A stretch of 64,000 nt of DNA. Origin: Candidatus Bathyarchaeota archaeon (GTDB lineage: Archaea; Thermoproteota; Bathyarchaeia; Bathyarchaeales; Bathycorpusculaceae). This document shows positions 21,141 to 30,540 of this stretch, one piece after another; position 1 is the stretch's first letter, and every line of letters begins with the position of its first letter. The notes below the pieces were generated by a model. That model did not search any database, had not been told where the DNA came from, and was given only the letters and a program-made list of their open reading frames with translations. The stretch spans positions 128,001-192,000 of the forward strand of contig CAWHDT010000008.1 in the NCBI GenBank assembly GCA_963828195.1, in the 5' to 3' direction. Position numbers and translations under genes: made by a program.

Positions 21141-24100
21141 TTAAAAACCGTTTTCAACAGTTTTCTTTTCATCTTCAGTTATGTCATAGAGAGAGAGTAC
21201 AGCGTTATCTAACTTGTTTTCCAAAGAAGTTTCTTTTCTTTGTAAAATATCCAGTTCATTTTCTAGTTTTGCCAACGTAATTTGCTTTTTGACTTCAATG
21301 ATTTCATTTACAATCAAGATAATCTCCCTTTGTAACTCATTATCATTCTCACTGACGGGTAACCGAATTGGCAATTCCATAAGAGGAGTTTTATCAACTT
21401 GAAGTTGTTCGCCTTGTCTTTTCCCCATATGATATAACCAGAAGTTTATTAATTTTGAATTAAGTATGCCTGTAAGATATTTCATATTAACATTTGATGG
21501 CTTGATAATTAAGAAAGCTCTCGAAACATAACAGGGGAAGTCAGTATACGTAAATGAAACGCCTTGTGTTTTTCTCAGAGACAAAATCTTTTCGCCTTCA
21601 AAGTACTTTTGTTCCCGTGGTCGATGTAGCCCATAAGGTCTGAAATCTGAAGTCAGAATTTTCCTGAATTTATCTAGATGATTCTTGAAATTTGGGTATT
21701 TCTCAATATTTGACCTTACGTCAAAATCTGCATAAATGAGAAAGTATTGGTTCTTAGGATTACCATAGTATTTCGTCAATTCTTCAGAGGTATAGTACGG
21801 TTTAATTTTATTCATTTCAGCTTTGTTAAAATCAGTATTTCTTAATTCGTCTTTTCTTAACACGAAAATGCCGTTCCCTTTTATGAATAGAGGGTCTTTT
21901 AGAACATCTAAGTGATTTTGCGTAATGAAATCCTGCAGGACATCAATCCCATTACCTATATCATCTTCTTTTAAGTGGAAATTTCCCATAAAAGACATTT
22001 TCTTAATTACTTTACGAGTTTCAGGAGTGAGAAAAGTTATTGTTTTTTCAGTTTCTGTCGGGTCGATTTCCGAACTGAATCGCAATATTTTATCGTTTTT
22101 CTTCGGTAATGTTAAATACCCTCGCAATGTGTCAACAGAAATCTTTTTGTCCAGAACTTTGAAATAGTCAACGTCATATTGTTCTTTGGTTTTTGTATTT
22201 TCCAAAACAAAAATCATGGTTTGAATACTGGCTTCTTTAAAGACCTTAAACTCATTAAAATCAAAGAATGATAGAAGTTTTGTTTCCGACAAAACTTTTT
22301 TTCTCAGAATTGAAGCGCCGTCACTAGTCACCCAGTTGTTTTGTGCAATAAAGCTGTGGTAACCACCTTTTTTTAAGAGATCTATTGATTTACAGGTGAA
22401 GAAATACCACATATCCATGTACTTTTCATAATATTTTTTTAGGTTAGTTTGTTTGACCCAGCCAAAGGCGCACCGTGCTTTGTCTTCTTTCACATAAGGG
22501 GGATTGCCAATGATAACATCAAATTTGCCTTCTTGCAGAATTTTCCCAAAACCTTTTTTGCAATCTTCCCAATCGAAAGGCTTGATTTTCTGAAGTTCTT
22601 CCGTCGTAGATACAAGTTTTTGCTCAAAGTAGGATGAATCTACTAATGAGTTCCCACATCTAATGTTACTATCTATATTTGGTAATGCCCGTTCTTGAAA
22701 TAGCTTAAGTTGTTGGTTTACGCTCTCCTTTGTTTCATTTTCCAGTACTTTAAGTAGCAAGCTCAGTTTAGTAATTTCGACAGCTTGAGGGTCAATGTCC
22801 ACTCCAAAGATATTATTTAGTAGAATTTTTTTCCTTACTTCTGTAGTTAGATACCACTGATTTTCTTTAATTTGGTAAATCTCTTTTTTGTATTTTTTAG
22901 GATTCTTCTGATAATAACTAAGATGATAGTCAAGAAGATACGAATATGCTCTAACCAAAAACGTCCCTGATCCAGATGCCATATCAAGTATTCTCAGTTT
23001 CTCTATATCCTCGGGCGATTTTCCTATAATGAGTTTACCGATTGTATTTCTTATGATATAATCCACAACATAATCAGGAGTGTAGTAAACTCCTCCTGCT
23101 TGTCTTACTTCAGGTTTTTCTTCGACTTTAACCTGATGGGTTGGAGTAAACCTGATTGATTTTCCTAAAAATTGCTCATAGACATTTCCTAGTATTTCTA
23201 TGCTGAGTACTGAAAAATCATATGGGCTTTGAGGATAATACAAAGTTGAAATAATAGCTTTTAAGACATCATCATCTATGGAAATGTGGTTCGTTATTTT
23301 ATCTGTTTTGAAATCAAATATGCCACTATCATATTTCTTTTCAGCACCTTCAAAATGAGCTATAAGTTTTGAATACAGTTGTCCAGATGCGCAAAGGCTC
23401 TTTAACTTTTCATTTGGCTCAATGTCTCGATCCTCGCATATTCTGAGGAACAGTATTCGATTTATTGTCTCTTGAACGCAATAATTAAGTTCAGGAATAG
23501 ATAACTTGGGATTATTTCGCGCGATATTCTTAGCTAAGTCATTTCTCCATTCTTCAATTTGTTTAAGGAAAACATCATCTACCTCACTCGTACCTTTCTT
23601 GCCTTTCTTAGATTCGGAAAATCTGTCAAAACTTCCCTTAAGAACTCCTTCTTTTGAAAAGATTTCAGCTATTGTATCAAACTTGGAGACATAATCCTCG
23701 AAATCGATCAACATAAGTCTGCCGACTGATGCGCTATCATTCGGATTAGGTTTAATTTTACAATCGTATACAGAAAGCAAACGAAAGTTTGTTAAAATAG
23801 ATAATGGAATTTTCGAGTTCCACGCGTAACGCCTTAACTGAAATGCAGAATCTACATCCTCTTTGATATTTACAGACGGCTTTTTTGTCTCTACAAAAAA
23901 AACCCTGTTGCCACCTATCCTAAATGCATAATCAGGAGCTTTTGTCTTTCCCGCAATTTTTATGGCGTCCTCATTTATTACTTCTTTGTACTTTTCTGCT
24001 CGACCTTCATCATTATTGACGTCCCATCCCAAAGCAATAAAAAACTTATCTACAAATTCCTTCCTTAGTTGAGCCTCTTTATAGCTTGATTTCACGTATT

Positions 24101-24170
24101 GGTCTATGTTCGCCTTAAAAACTGTCACGAGGTTTTTAATGACTTGGAGTTCCTTGGTCATGCATTTCAC
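21141..24170 (-). CDS. Type IIG restriction-modification enzyme (nuclease + N6-adenine MTase + TaqI-like specificity domain)
   Basis: PDY...VETKK nuclease motif; GVYYTP; DMASGSG (motif I); NPPY (motif IV). Visibly AT-rich compared with flanks. Confidence 0.9.
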   Translation of the reverse strand: MKCMTKELQVIKNLVTVFKANIDQYVKSSYKEAQLRKEFVDKFFIALGWDVNNDEGRAEKYKEVINEDAIKIAGKTKAPDYAFRIGGNRVFFVETKKPSVNIKEDVDSAFQLRRYAWNSKIPLSILTNFRLLSVYDCKIKPNPNDSASVGRLMLIDFEDYVSKFDTIAEIFSKEGVLKGSFDRFSESKKGKKGTSEVDDVFLKQIEEWRNDLAKNIARNNPKLSIPELNYCVQETINRILFLRICEDRDIEPNEKLKSLCASGQLYSKLIAHFEGAEKKYDSGIFDFKTDKITNHISIDDDVLKAIISTLYYPQSPYDFSVLSIEILGNVYEQFLGKSIRFTPTHQVKVEEKPEVRQAGGVYYTPDYVVDYIIRNTIGKLIIGKSPEDIEKLRILDMASGSGTFLVRAYSYLLDYHLSYYQKNPKKYKKEIYQIKENQWYLTTEVRKKILLNNIFGVDIDPQAVEITKLSLLLKVLENETKESVNQQLKLFQERALPNIDSNIRCGNSLVDSSYFEQKLVSTTEELQKIKPFDWEDCKKGFGKILQEGKFDVIIGNPPYVKEDKARCAFGWVKQTNLKKYYEKYMDMWYFFTCKSIDLLKKGGYHSFIAQNNWVTSDGASILRKKVLSETKLLSFFDFNEFKVFKEASIQTMIFVLENTKTKEQYDVDYFKVLDKKISVDTLRGYLTLPKKNDKILRFSSEIDPTETEKTITFLTPETRKVIKKMSFMGNFHLKEDDIGNGIDVLQDFITQNHLDVLKDPLFIKGNGIFVLRKDELRNTDFNKAEMNKIKPYYTSEELTKYYGNPKNQYFLIYADFDVRSNIEKYPNFKNHLDKFRKILTSDFRPYGLHRPREQKYFEGEKILSLRKTQGVSFTYTDFPCYVSRAFLIIKPSNVNMKYLTGILNSKLINFWLYHMGKRQGEQLQVDKTPLMELPIRLPVSENDNELQREIILIVNEIIEVKKQITLAKLENELDILQRKETSLENKLDNAVLSLYDITEDEKKTVENGF

Positions 24171-24342
24171 TTTGGATAAGTATTGAATTGATGTCTATTC
24201 TTAAAAGATTTGTTTAAAAAGAAGGTCTGCTTTTTTTAAAAAAAAGTTTACCTAGCTCGAGGTTTGCTGTCTCATTAGAGCAGTCTTAAGAGGAAAGGCT
24301 TAATAATCGTGAGGCTGAATTTTGGTATAAAAGGCGAATGCA

Positions 24343-24624
24343 TTGGCGCTTTCAAGAATGGAGATGTACCTCGCCGTCATCCAGGTCTTAAACACTTGGG
24401 ATTCAATAACGCAAAAGCAGATATTATGCAAGGCGGAAATCGATTTATCGTCCCCGAAAGAAACACTTAACTTTCTAATCAAGCTCGACTTGATAATGGA
24501 AAAAAGCCTTGGAAACAAAACGGTATATTCCATAACGGATAGAGGACAAAGACTAATTCAGTACTTCAAATTAAAAGACGACGACGCAATATTCGGCGGA
24601 ACTAAAATAACGAAAATTGACTAA
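24343..24624 (+). CDS. ArnR1-like winged-helix regulator
   Basis: SRMEMYLAVI...LNFLIKLDLI...YSITDRG. Confidence 0.75.
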   Translation: MALSRMEMYLAVIQVLNTWDSITQKQILCKAEIDLSSPKETLNFLIKLDLIMEKSLGNKTVYSITDRGQRLIQYFKLKDDDAIFGGTKITKID

Positions 24625-24717
24625 AAAGCCCAGCTGCTTCTTGCTTTTGCTCCGATAAATTTCCTTTAATCCAATCCTTAAAAGAGACAAAAAAAATTGA
24701 GAACTTAATAATTGCTC

Positions 24718-25008
24718 TTAATATGGAACTCGCAAGATTTTGCCGTCTTCATCTTTAGGGGGAAGAGCTTTGTCGAGTCCTATGAAGAATTTGATGACTT
24801 GTGTTCCGCGAGGGGTGTTTGCGTAAACAACGGTGCTTTTTTCCGTTACTTGCTCCTCAACTAGTCCTTGCTTGATCAGAAATTCCAAGTATCGATTTAT
24901 AATATTGCTGTTAAGGTTTGTCTCACTCATGATTTGCGAAACCTTGAGCGGGCTGCTGTGCTCTAAAACGTTTAGAATATCAACGTACATTTCTAATTTG
25001 GATGCCAT
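24718..25008 (-). CDS. ArnR1-like winged-helix regulator
   Basis: SKLEMYVDIL...IMSETNLN...YLEFLIKQGLV...T.RG. Confidence 0.8.
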   Translation of the reverse strand: MASKLEMYVDILNVLEHSSPLKVSQIMSETNLNSNIINRYLEFLIKQGLVEEQVTEKSTVVYANTPRGTQVIKFFIGLDKALPPKDEDGKILRVPY

Positions 25009-25170
25009 GCCTAACCCTTCTAACAGGTTAACCCAAATTCGGTATTAACGATTTGTGCGTAACAAAACGTACTTCAATAGCAGTTGTTAAGCCAATAAAA
25101 GAAACTCTTCTCAAACAATGAGACAAAGCATAAATCGTAATTCACCCATATGGGCATATGGTAATATGGC

Positions 25171-25431
25171 ATGTCTCTTAGAGTGCAAATAAACCCTAAG
25201 GTTGAAGAAAAATTTAGGGAAGCAGCAATGAAACGCTTCGGATATGGAAAATGGGCCCTAAGCAAAGCCGCCGAAGAAGCCATCCTTAAATGGCTTTCAA
25301 CAACCGAAAAAGAACCCGTTAATTTCGAGGGTGACCCTGTAAAAGCCTTAGAAGGATTGCTTAAGGATATTAAAGTAGATTCGGTGACCCTTCAGCATGA
25401 GACTCAGAAGGTATGGGCAAAAAAGTGTTAA
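25171..25431 (+). CDS. Antitoxin (RHH-like, VapB)
   Basis: EKFREAAMKRFGYGK.ALSKAAEEAI; lies upstream of a PIN gene. Confidence 0.7.
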   Translation: MSLRVQINPKVEEKFREAAMKRFGYGKWALSKAAEEAILKWLSTTEKEPVNFEGDPVKALEGLLKDIKVDSVTLQHETQKVWAKKC

Positions 25432-25434
25432 CGA

Positions 25435-25839
25435 ACGTAGCTTGTTGATACTAACATTTTTCTCGAGGTTCTCCTTTGTCAAGCAAAAACGGACGAATGC
25501 GAAAAGCTTCTTGATCAATTCAAAACAGGCAAGATACTGGGCGTAGTGACCGACTTTACCCTTCACTCTATAATTGTGACCATGTACAGCTATGAAAGGT
25601 TGGAAGGTCTCAAGGTTTTTCTCTCAAGTCTCGCAGGCTACAAAGGACTACGCATTTACCCAACTGACTTAACAAGTGAAATCAAAGCCACAGACTTAGC
25701 ATCACAAGATAAACTTGACATGGACGACGCCATCCAGTATGCAGTAGCACTTGACGCAAATGTTGAAGCTATAGTGTCATTTGACAAACACTTCAATAAA
25801 CTTGAACTTCCCAGAAAAGAACCGCATCAAAGAATCTAA
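25435..25839 (+). pseudogene. vapC: PIN-domain VapC toxin with disrupted 5' end
   Basis: LVDTNIFLE begins at 25441 directly after an in-frame TAG; DMDDAIQY and SFDKHF downstream. Confidence 0.75.
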
Positions 25840-25871
25840 AACCTTACATTGCCACAATCAGGATTAATTGT

Positions 25872-26687
25872 TTAAAAAGTTAGAACCATGAGAGGGTTCC
25901 ATTTTTCCCTCGCGGTTTTTAGGCACCATTTATAGATGTAGTATCCTACGGGTACGATGATGGCGCACATTAGCGCCAAAATCTCCAGGTTGGGCAGAAT
26001 CATTGCAATGGTGGAGCCTGTTATGATTTCTTTTATGCATGTCATGAAGTAGTACGGTGGAGTTATGTACGCGATTATTCTCAGGAAAGGCGGCAGAATT
26101 TGCGGGGGAAAAAGCACGTTCCCAAACAAGCTTATTGCTATGGTCATTAATGCCGTCACCGGGTCGCCTTGTTTGGTTAGAATCAATATTCCTGAGCCAA
26201 TCATGCTGATGCCAATGAATGTGCCTATGCCTAAGACTAACACAATTATTGTTCCTACAATGTTGACGCTGAGGACAACTCCGAAAAAGTACACGCCGAT
26301 AAGAAGGTAAATTGCTACGACGCCTGTGCTCCAGACAAACCCCCAAATCGAACTGCCGATTATGAATGTTGTCAGGCTAGTCGGCGAAACCAAGACTTCT
26401 TCAAGAGCCCACGGGTTAATGGTTTTTTGCACAAGCGTCAAGGCTTGCCCGAGGTAAGTGTTGAAGGCTAATCCGATAAGCAGGTAAGTTGTGTAATTTG
26501 TATGGTACAGTTCTGTTACAGTTGCATTAACTGAGCTTTGCCCCAGATAAGCGAAGGATAAGGCTCCGAAAACCGCGGTGAAAATCAGAATAAGAATGTT
26601 TGTTTTGTAAGTCGAGAAGCTTACCATGTCCCGCTTCATGAAATACCAGATTTTCTCAAGTTCAGCCGACGTACCCATGCCCCTCAC
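25872..26687 (-). CDS. ABC-2 type exporter permease (probable +1 frameshift near C-terminus)
   Basis: LEEVLVSP and FPPQILP...P.YY motifs; six TM helices. Confidence 0.85.
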   Translation of the reverse strand: MRGMGTSAELEKIWYFMKRDMVSFSTYKTNILILIFTAVFGALSFAYLGQSSVNATVTELYHTNYTTYLLIGLAFNTYLGQALTLVQKTINPWALEEVLVSPTSLTTFIIGSSIWGFVWSTGVVAIYLLIGVYFFGVVLSVNIVGTIIVLVLGIGTFIGISMIGSGILILTKQGDPVTALMTIAISLFGNVLFPPQILPPFLRIIAYITPPYYFMTCIKEIITGSTIAMILPNLEILALMCAIIVPVGYYIYKWCLKTAREKWNPLMVLTF

Positions 26688-27694
26688 GTCCTCTTAGTTA
26701 ACTCTATGAACGCATCTTCCAAACTCGGTTCCTCCTGCTTAAAATTGACAAGCTTAATTTTTTGTTCAAAAATAAAATCGAAGATTCGAGGTAGCGAATC
26801 CACGCTTTTCATTTCAACGCGTAAGGCTTGCTGCCCAGGCATCAGGTTGGGCTCGTCTTTCTGTGTCACGTCGATAACGCCTTCGAGGGACCGAATGTTT
26901 TCAATTTGAGCCTGCGTTATTTGGTCGAAAGTCAAGTAAATTAACTCGTCTTTCTTGATTTTTGCTCGCAATGCATCGGGGGTGTCAAGGGCAACTATTT
27001 TGCCCTGTTTGAGGATGCCGATTTTACTGCAAATCTGCGCTGCCTCCTCAATGTAATGTGTTGTATAGAGCACTGTTTTGCCTGTTTCCTTAACTGTGCT
27101 TTTAACGAATTCGCGAACGTGGCGGGATGAAATAGCGTCTAACCCAGTTGTTGGCTCGTCAAGAAGAATGATCGGCGGGTCAGGAAGCAAGGTTCTTGCA
27201 AGCGCCAGTTTTCTTTTCATTCCGCCCGAATACTTCTGGTACAGCTCAAAACCGCTGTTTTCTAACCCCACGAGCTTTAGAACTTCCAAAATTCGGTCAT
27301 GCCGCATCTTCCTTGGCACATTATAAGTGGACGCGTAAAATTCGAGGTTTCTGTAGCCGTTCAACCGCCAAAAAAAGCCTCTTTCACCAACACTGAACAA
27401 AGTGCCAAGTGACTGCTTAACTTTCATCTGCTCCTTGATTATGTCGTAGCCGTTGATTAATGCAGTTCCTTTATCGGGCGGAAGAAGGGTGCATAGCATT
27501 TTGACCAGAGTTGTTTTCCCTGCTCCGTTGGGACCAAGAAGCCCAAAAAGTTCTCCCTTTTTGATTTCAAGGTTAAGGTTGTCAACAGCGTTTACGCGGA
27601 CTGTTTTGCGCTTAAAAAATCCTGCTTCGCTCTGAACTTTTGACTTAAACGTTTTCGTTAGGTTAATCGTTTGAATTGCGTTTTCGTTTTGCAA
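26684..27694 (-). CDS. ABC exporter ATP-binding protein
   Basis: GPNGAGKT, YSGGM, LLDEPTTGLD and PSLEDAF motifs. Confidence 0.95.
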   Translation of the reverse strand: MQNENAIQTINLTKTFKSKVQSEAGFFKRKTVRVNAVDNLNLEIKKGELFGLLGPNGAGKTTLVKMLCTLLPPDKGTALINGYDIIKEQMKVKQSLGTLFSVGERGFFWRLNGYRNLEFYASTYNVPRKMRHDRILEVLKLVGLENSGFELYQKYSGGMKRKLALARTLLPDPPIILLDEPTTGLDAISSRHVREFVKSTVKETGKTVLYTTHYIEEAAQICSKIGILKQGKIVALDTPDALRAKIKKDELIYLTFDQITQAQIENIRSLEGVIDVTQKDEPNLMPGQQALRVEMKSVDSLPRIFDFIFEQKIKLVNFKQEEPSLEDAFIELTKRT

Positions 27695-28014
27695 CCATTA
27701 AACCTCTTAGTTCCGCTCAATACCCATAGTTTGGCAAAAACAATCAATTATGTTTTTCAGTTACCGCTAGCAGGCAATTAAGCATTTCGACATTTCGCAT
27801 CGGTTTCGTTTAATCTCAAGAAGGGTATTCCAACGTCAATTTTTTGAGCCAAGTCACACCAAAGGTTGCTGGATGGCGCTGCTTATTTAAGTCAACGTTA
27901 AAATCTTAGGTCTGACCTGCACACTAAGGCTAAAAAACTTGTTGCTGTACAACTCTATTTGAAAGATAGTTTAAAAACCCTTGAGACTGCAACTTGTTTT
28001 TCAAGTATCGATTT

Positions 28015-28944
28015 TTAAAATTGATGGATCCGTTGAGTCAGCTGATTTGCATTTTCTATTTTTTCTGGAAGCTGCAACTCCAAGTAGGCACCGTGCCTGT
28101 TAAAATAGGGTGAGCCTTTTCTTGAAAACAAAGTCAAAACTCCGCCGTCATGGTTAATTTTGTAGCCTAAGTCGCTTGATTCGTGACCTCGTATCAAAAT
28201 CTTGGCGTTTATGTTTGCAAGAACCTGTTTTGTCACTTTTTCACCAAAGAGGTGTCCGGCGCCCCTTGGCGAAGAAGCAATGTCTTCTACGTTTTCGTCG
28301 GGGTCGCTCCAAAGCAAATCTTCCAGCACATCCCTGCTGTGGTTTTCTTTTGCTTGCGCGATGTCTTGGAGGCTTCTTATTTGTGGAGACAAGCCGCCGT
28401 GAACCATCAAATATCTGCCCTCAACCCACACCGCGTTATAGAGATCAGCAAATAGAGCCCTAGTTTTTATGTAAGCCATCTTCCATTTTTCCCCGAACCG
28501 CTCTTGGAATTGGATGGGCAAGTCATGCGGTTCACCTAGCAAATCTATTGGCGCCTCATGGTTTCCACGTAACAGAACAACTTGCATGGGGAAAGCCAGC
28601 TTAAGCTTCAGAACTGCGTAGTAGATTTCCGCTGAGTTAGGTCCTCTGTCGCCGTAGTCGCCTAAAAAAATCAACGTTGCCTCTTGGTTTTTCTCCATTT
28701 TCTCGACGAATTGGCTTTCCCGAAGGATAATGAGGAGGCTCTCAAAATCTCCGTGCAAATCGCCAATTACAAGTGCTTCGCCTAACGGTTCAAGTTTAAC
28801 TAAACGGTTTATTATTGTTAAATTGCCAATTTGCCCCTTTTCATTTTGCAGCAAAAACATGGCTTTGTCCAATATCTCGATAAAGGTGCCGCTTTTAACG
28901 CTGAAGGCTTCATCGACAAGTGAAGATAAATTCAAAGCCGACAC
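28015..28944 (-). CDS. PPP-family Ser/Thr protein phosphatase
   Basis: GDLHG, GDYGDRG, LRGNHE, VHGG, LLWSDP, SPRGAG and IRGHE motifs. Confidence 0.92.
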   Translation of the reverse strand: MSALNLSSLVDEAFSVKSGTFIEILDKAMFLLQNEKGQIGNLTIINRLVKLEPLGEALVIGDLHGDFESLLIILRESQFVEKMEKNQEATLIFLGDYGDRGPNSAEIYYAVLKLKLAFPMQVVLLRGNHEAPIDLLGEPHDLPIQFQERFGEKWKMAYIKTRALFADLYNAVWVEGRYLMVHGGLSPQIRSLQDIAQAKENHSRDVLEDLLWSDPDENVEDIASSPRGAGHLFGEKVTKQVLANINAKILIRGHESSDLGYKINHDGGVLTLFSRKGSPYFNRHGAYLELQLPEKIENANQLTQRIHQF

Positions 28945-28949
28945 GGCGA

Positions 28950-30200
28950 CTAGGAAAATTGAACTTTTATTTCAATTGAGCTGTAGATGTCTTTTTCAAT
29001 TGACCGCTTGAGATTGCTGATTTTGTCAACAGACTCTTTATACGCGTTTTCTTTGACTGCTTCATGCGTTTCTAAGCTTGTTTTTTTGGCTTTCAGCTGG
29101 TCAACCTGCGCCTGAAATACGTCTAGATTGCGTTTTACCTCATCCATCATTGGTGAACTTGACAGCTGCACTCTTTCAGCCGCTAATTCTAAGCATCTGA
29201 TTTGAAGCTTGACAAGCGAATCTGACTTAAGTACTTCATTTATGGCTTGTTCCGCTTTTCTTGCTTTTTCAGGTTTTAATTTAAGTTTGTCCTCTGCTAT
29301 TAAGGTCTCAAGCTTCTGCAAAATCTCCTTTAGCAACGGGTAACCTTTTTCCTCTGCGGTCAGGGCATCGAAAGGATTCTCCAAGTATCCGTTGACTTTC
29401 TTAAGCTCATCTGGAGTTATTCCTCCTCCGCCCCCTGAGGTGGCTAACGCCTGCATTTTTATGAAGGGTTTTTGCAGGTGCCTGATTGAATTTTTTAATT
29501 CACAGCTCAGCACGTCTATCTCTGCATTTACCGAATTCAGTTTATCGATGGGTCCGCTGTTCTTCAGTTCAGCTATTTTTTGTTCCAGTTCAGCGATTTC
29601 TTTTTCAATCGGGGTGCGCTCATCCTTTATTTTCTCTTTTTCTTCCCCGGTTACAGTTAATTGCTGCTGGACTGTTTGAAGTTCATTTAAAAGGTGAAAG
29701 GCTTCTTCCAAAGTTTTTGTTTTAACGTACTCTTTTGTGATGAAGTCGTTCAGGGTGTTGTAAGCCTGTTTTGATCTTTCGTATATGGCTAAAAATTTTC
29801 GTCTATCCATAATGAAGAAGGGCGAAATTCTTGGAAACCAATTCTTAATGTCGATGTCAATTACGATAAAGACCTTTTGAATTTCCTGCGCGTACTTGTT
29901 TAAAGTGTCATAAGAAATTTCTTCTGGGGCATCAACTTTTTTTAGGCGATCAAGAAATAAATGGGCAAGCTTGTTTAGGGCTCTGGCTCGATTGTAAACC
30001 TTCATGTTTCTTCTTTCGATTTCTCTGGTGCTGTTATCGAGGAGCATCTGGTTTACGTCCCTGACACTCTCGATTGCCATGTTCACGTCATCTCTTAACC
30101 TTTTGGCTTGAGCATGAACGGGCGAGAGGATCGAGTTTGTCTTGTCTTCAAGCCACCGGTTTACTTCGCTGGATGTTGTGAACTGGACTGTTTCCGTCAA
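28950..30200 (-). CDS. Long coiled-coil hypothetical protein
   Basis: 416 aa, K/E/L-rich heptads; ends 5 bp before the phosphatase start. Confidence 0.7.
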   Translation of the reverse strand: MTETVQFTTSSEVNRWLEDKTNSILSPVHAQAKRLRDDVNMAIESVRDVNQMLLDNSTREIERRNMKVYNRARALNKLAHLFLDRLKKVDAPEEISYDTLNKYAQEIQKVFIVIDIDIKNWFPRISPFFIMDRRKFLAIYERSKQAYNTLNDFITKEYVKTKTLEEAFHLLNELQTVQQQLTVTGEEKEKIKDERTPIEKEIAELEQKIAELKNSGPIDKLNSVNAEIDVLSCELKNSIRHLQKPFIKMQALATSGGGGGITPDELKKVNGYLENPFDALTAEEKGYPLLKEILQKLETLIAEDKLKLKPEKARKAEQAINEVLKSDSLVKLQIRCLELAAERVQLSSSPMMDEVKRNLDVFQAQVDQLKAKKTSLETHEAVKENAYKESVDKISNLKRSIEKDIYSSIEIKVQFS

Positions 30201-30540
30201 ATTGTGTTTCCCTGTATCTTACTTTATGCGGGCTTATTTATCACTATTTCCAAATTTCAGGTTCAATCTAATGGTTACCCATTATTTTTTGAGTAGCTAC
30301 TCTTAAAAAGGTTAAAACGCCCCTGCCTTTTGTCATATAGGCGCCTTTGAGCTTGCCTACAACAAGCAACAGTAAGACATAAACATGCCGAAAAGAACCA
30401 ATGCTGCCCAACTGTAAATGTCAATTATTGTATAAGAGGACTTGCGCTTTTTTTTTAAAAAAAATTTCCTATCGTCCTCCTGAAAAACAGATGAAAATCC
30501 GATAAGTCAATTCACCGATTTTCAAGCGTGAGTGCTAAAA

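Noticed and set aside
25438-25440. In-frame TAG as pyrrolysine
   Set aside because: It is at codon 2 of a PIN toxin with a damaged start, and no pyl genes are in the window; decay or error is simpler.
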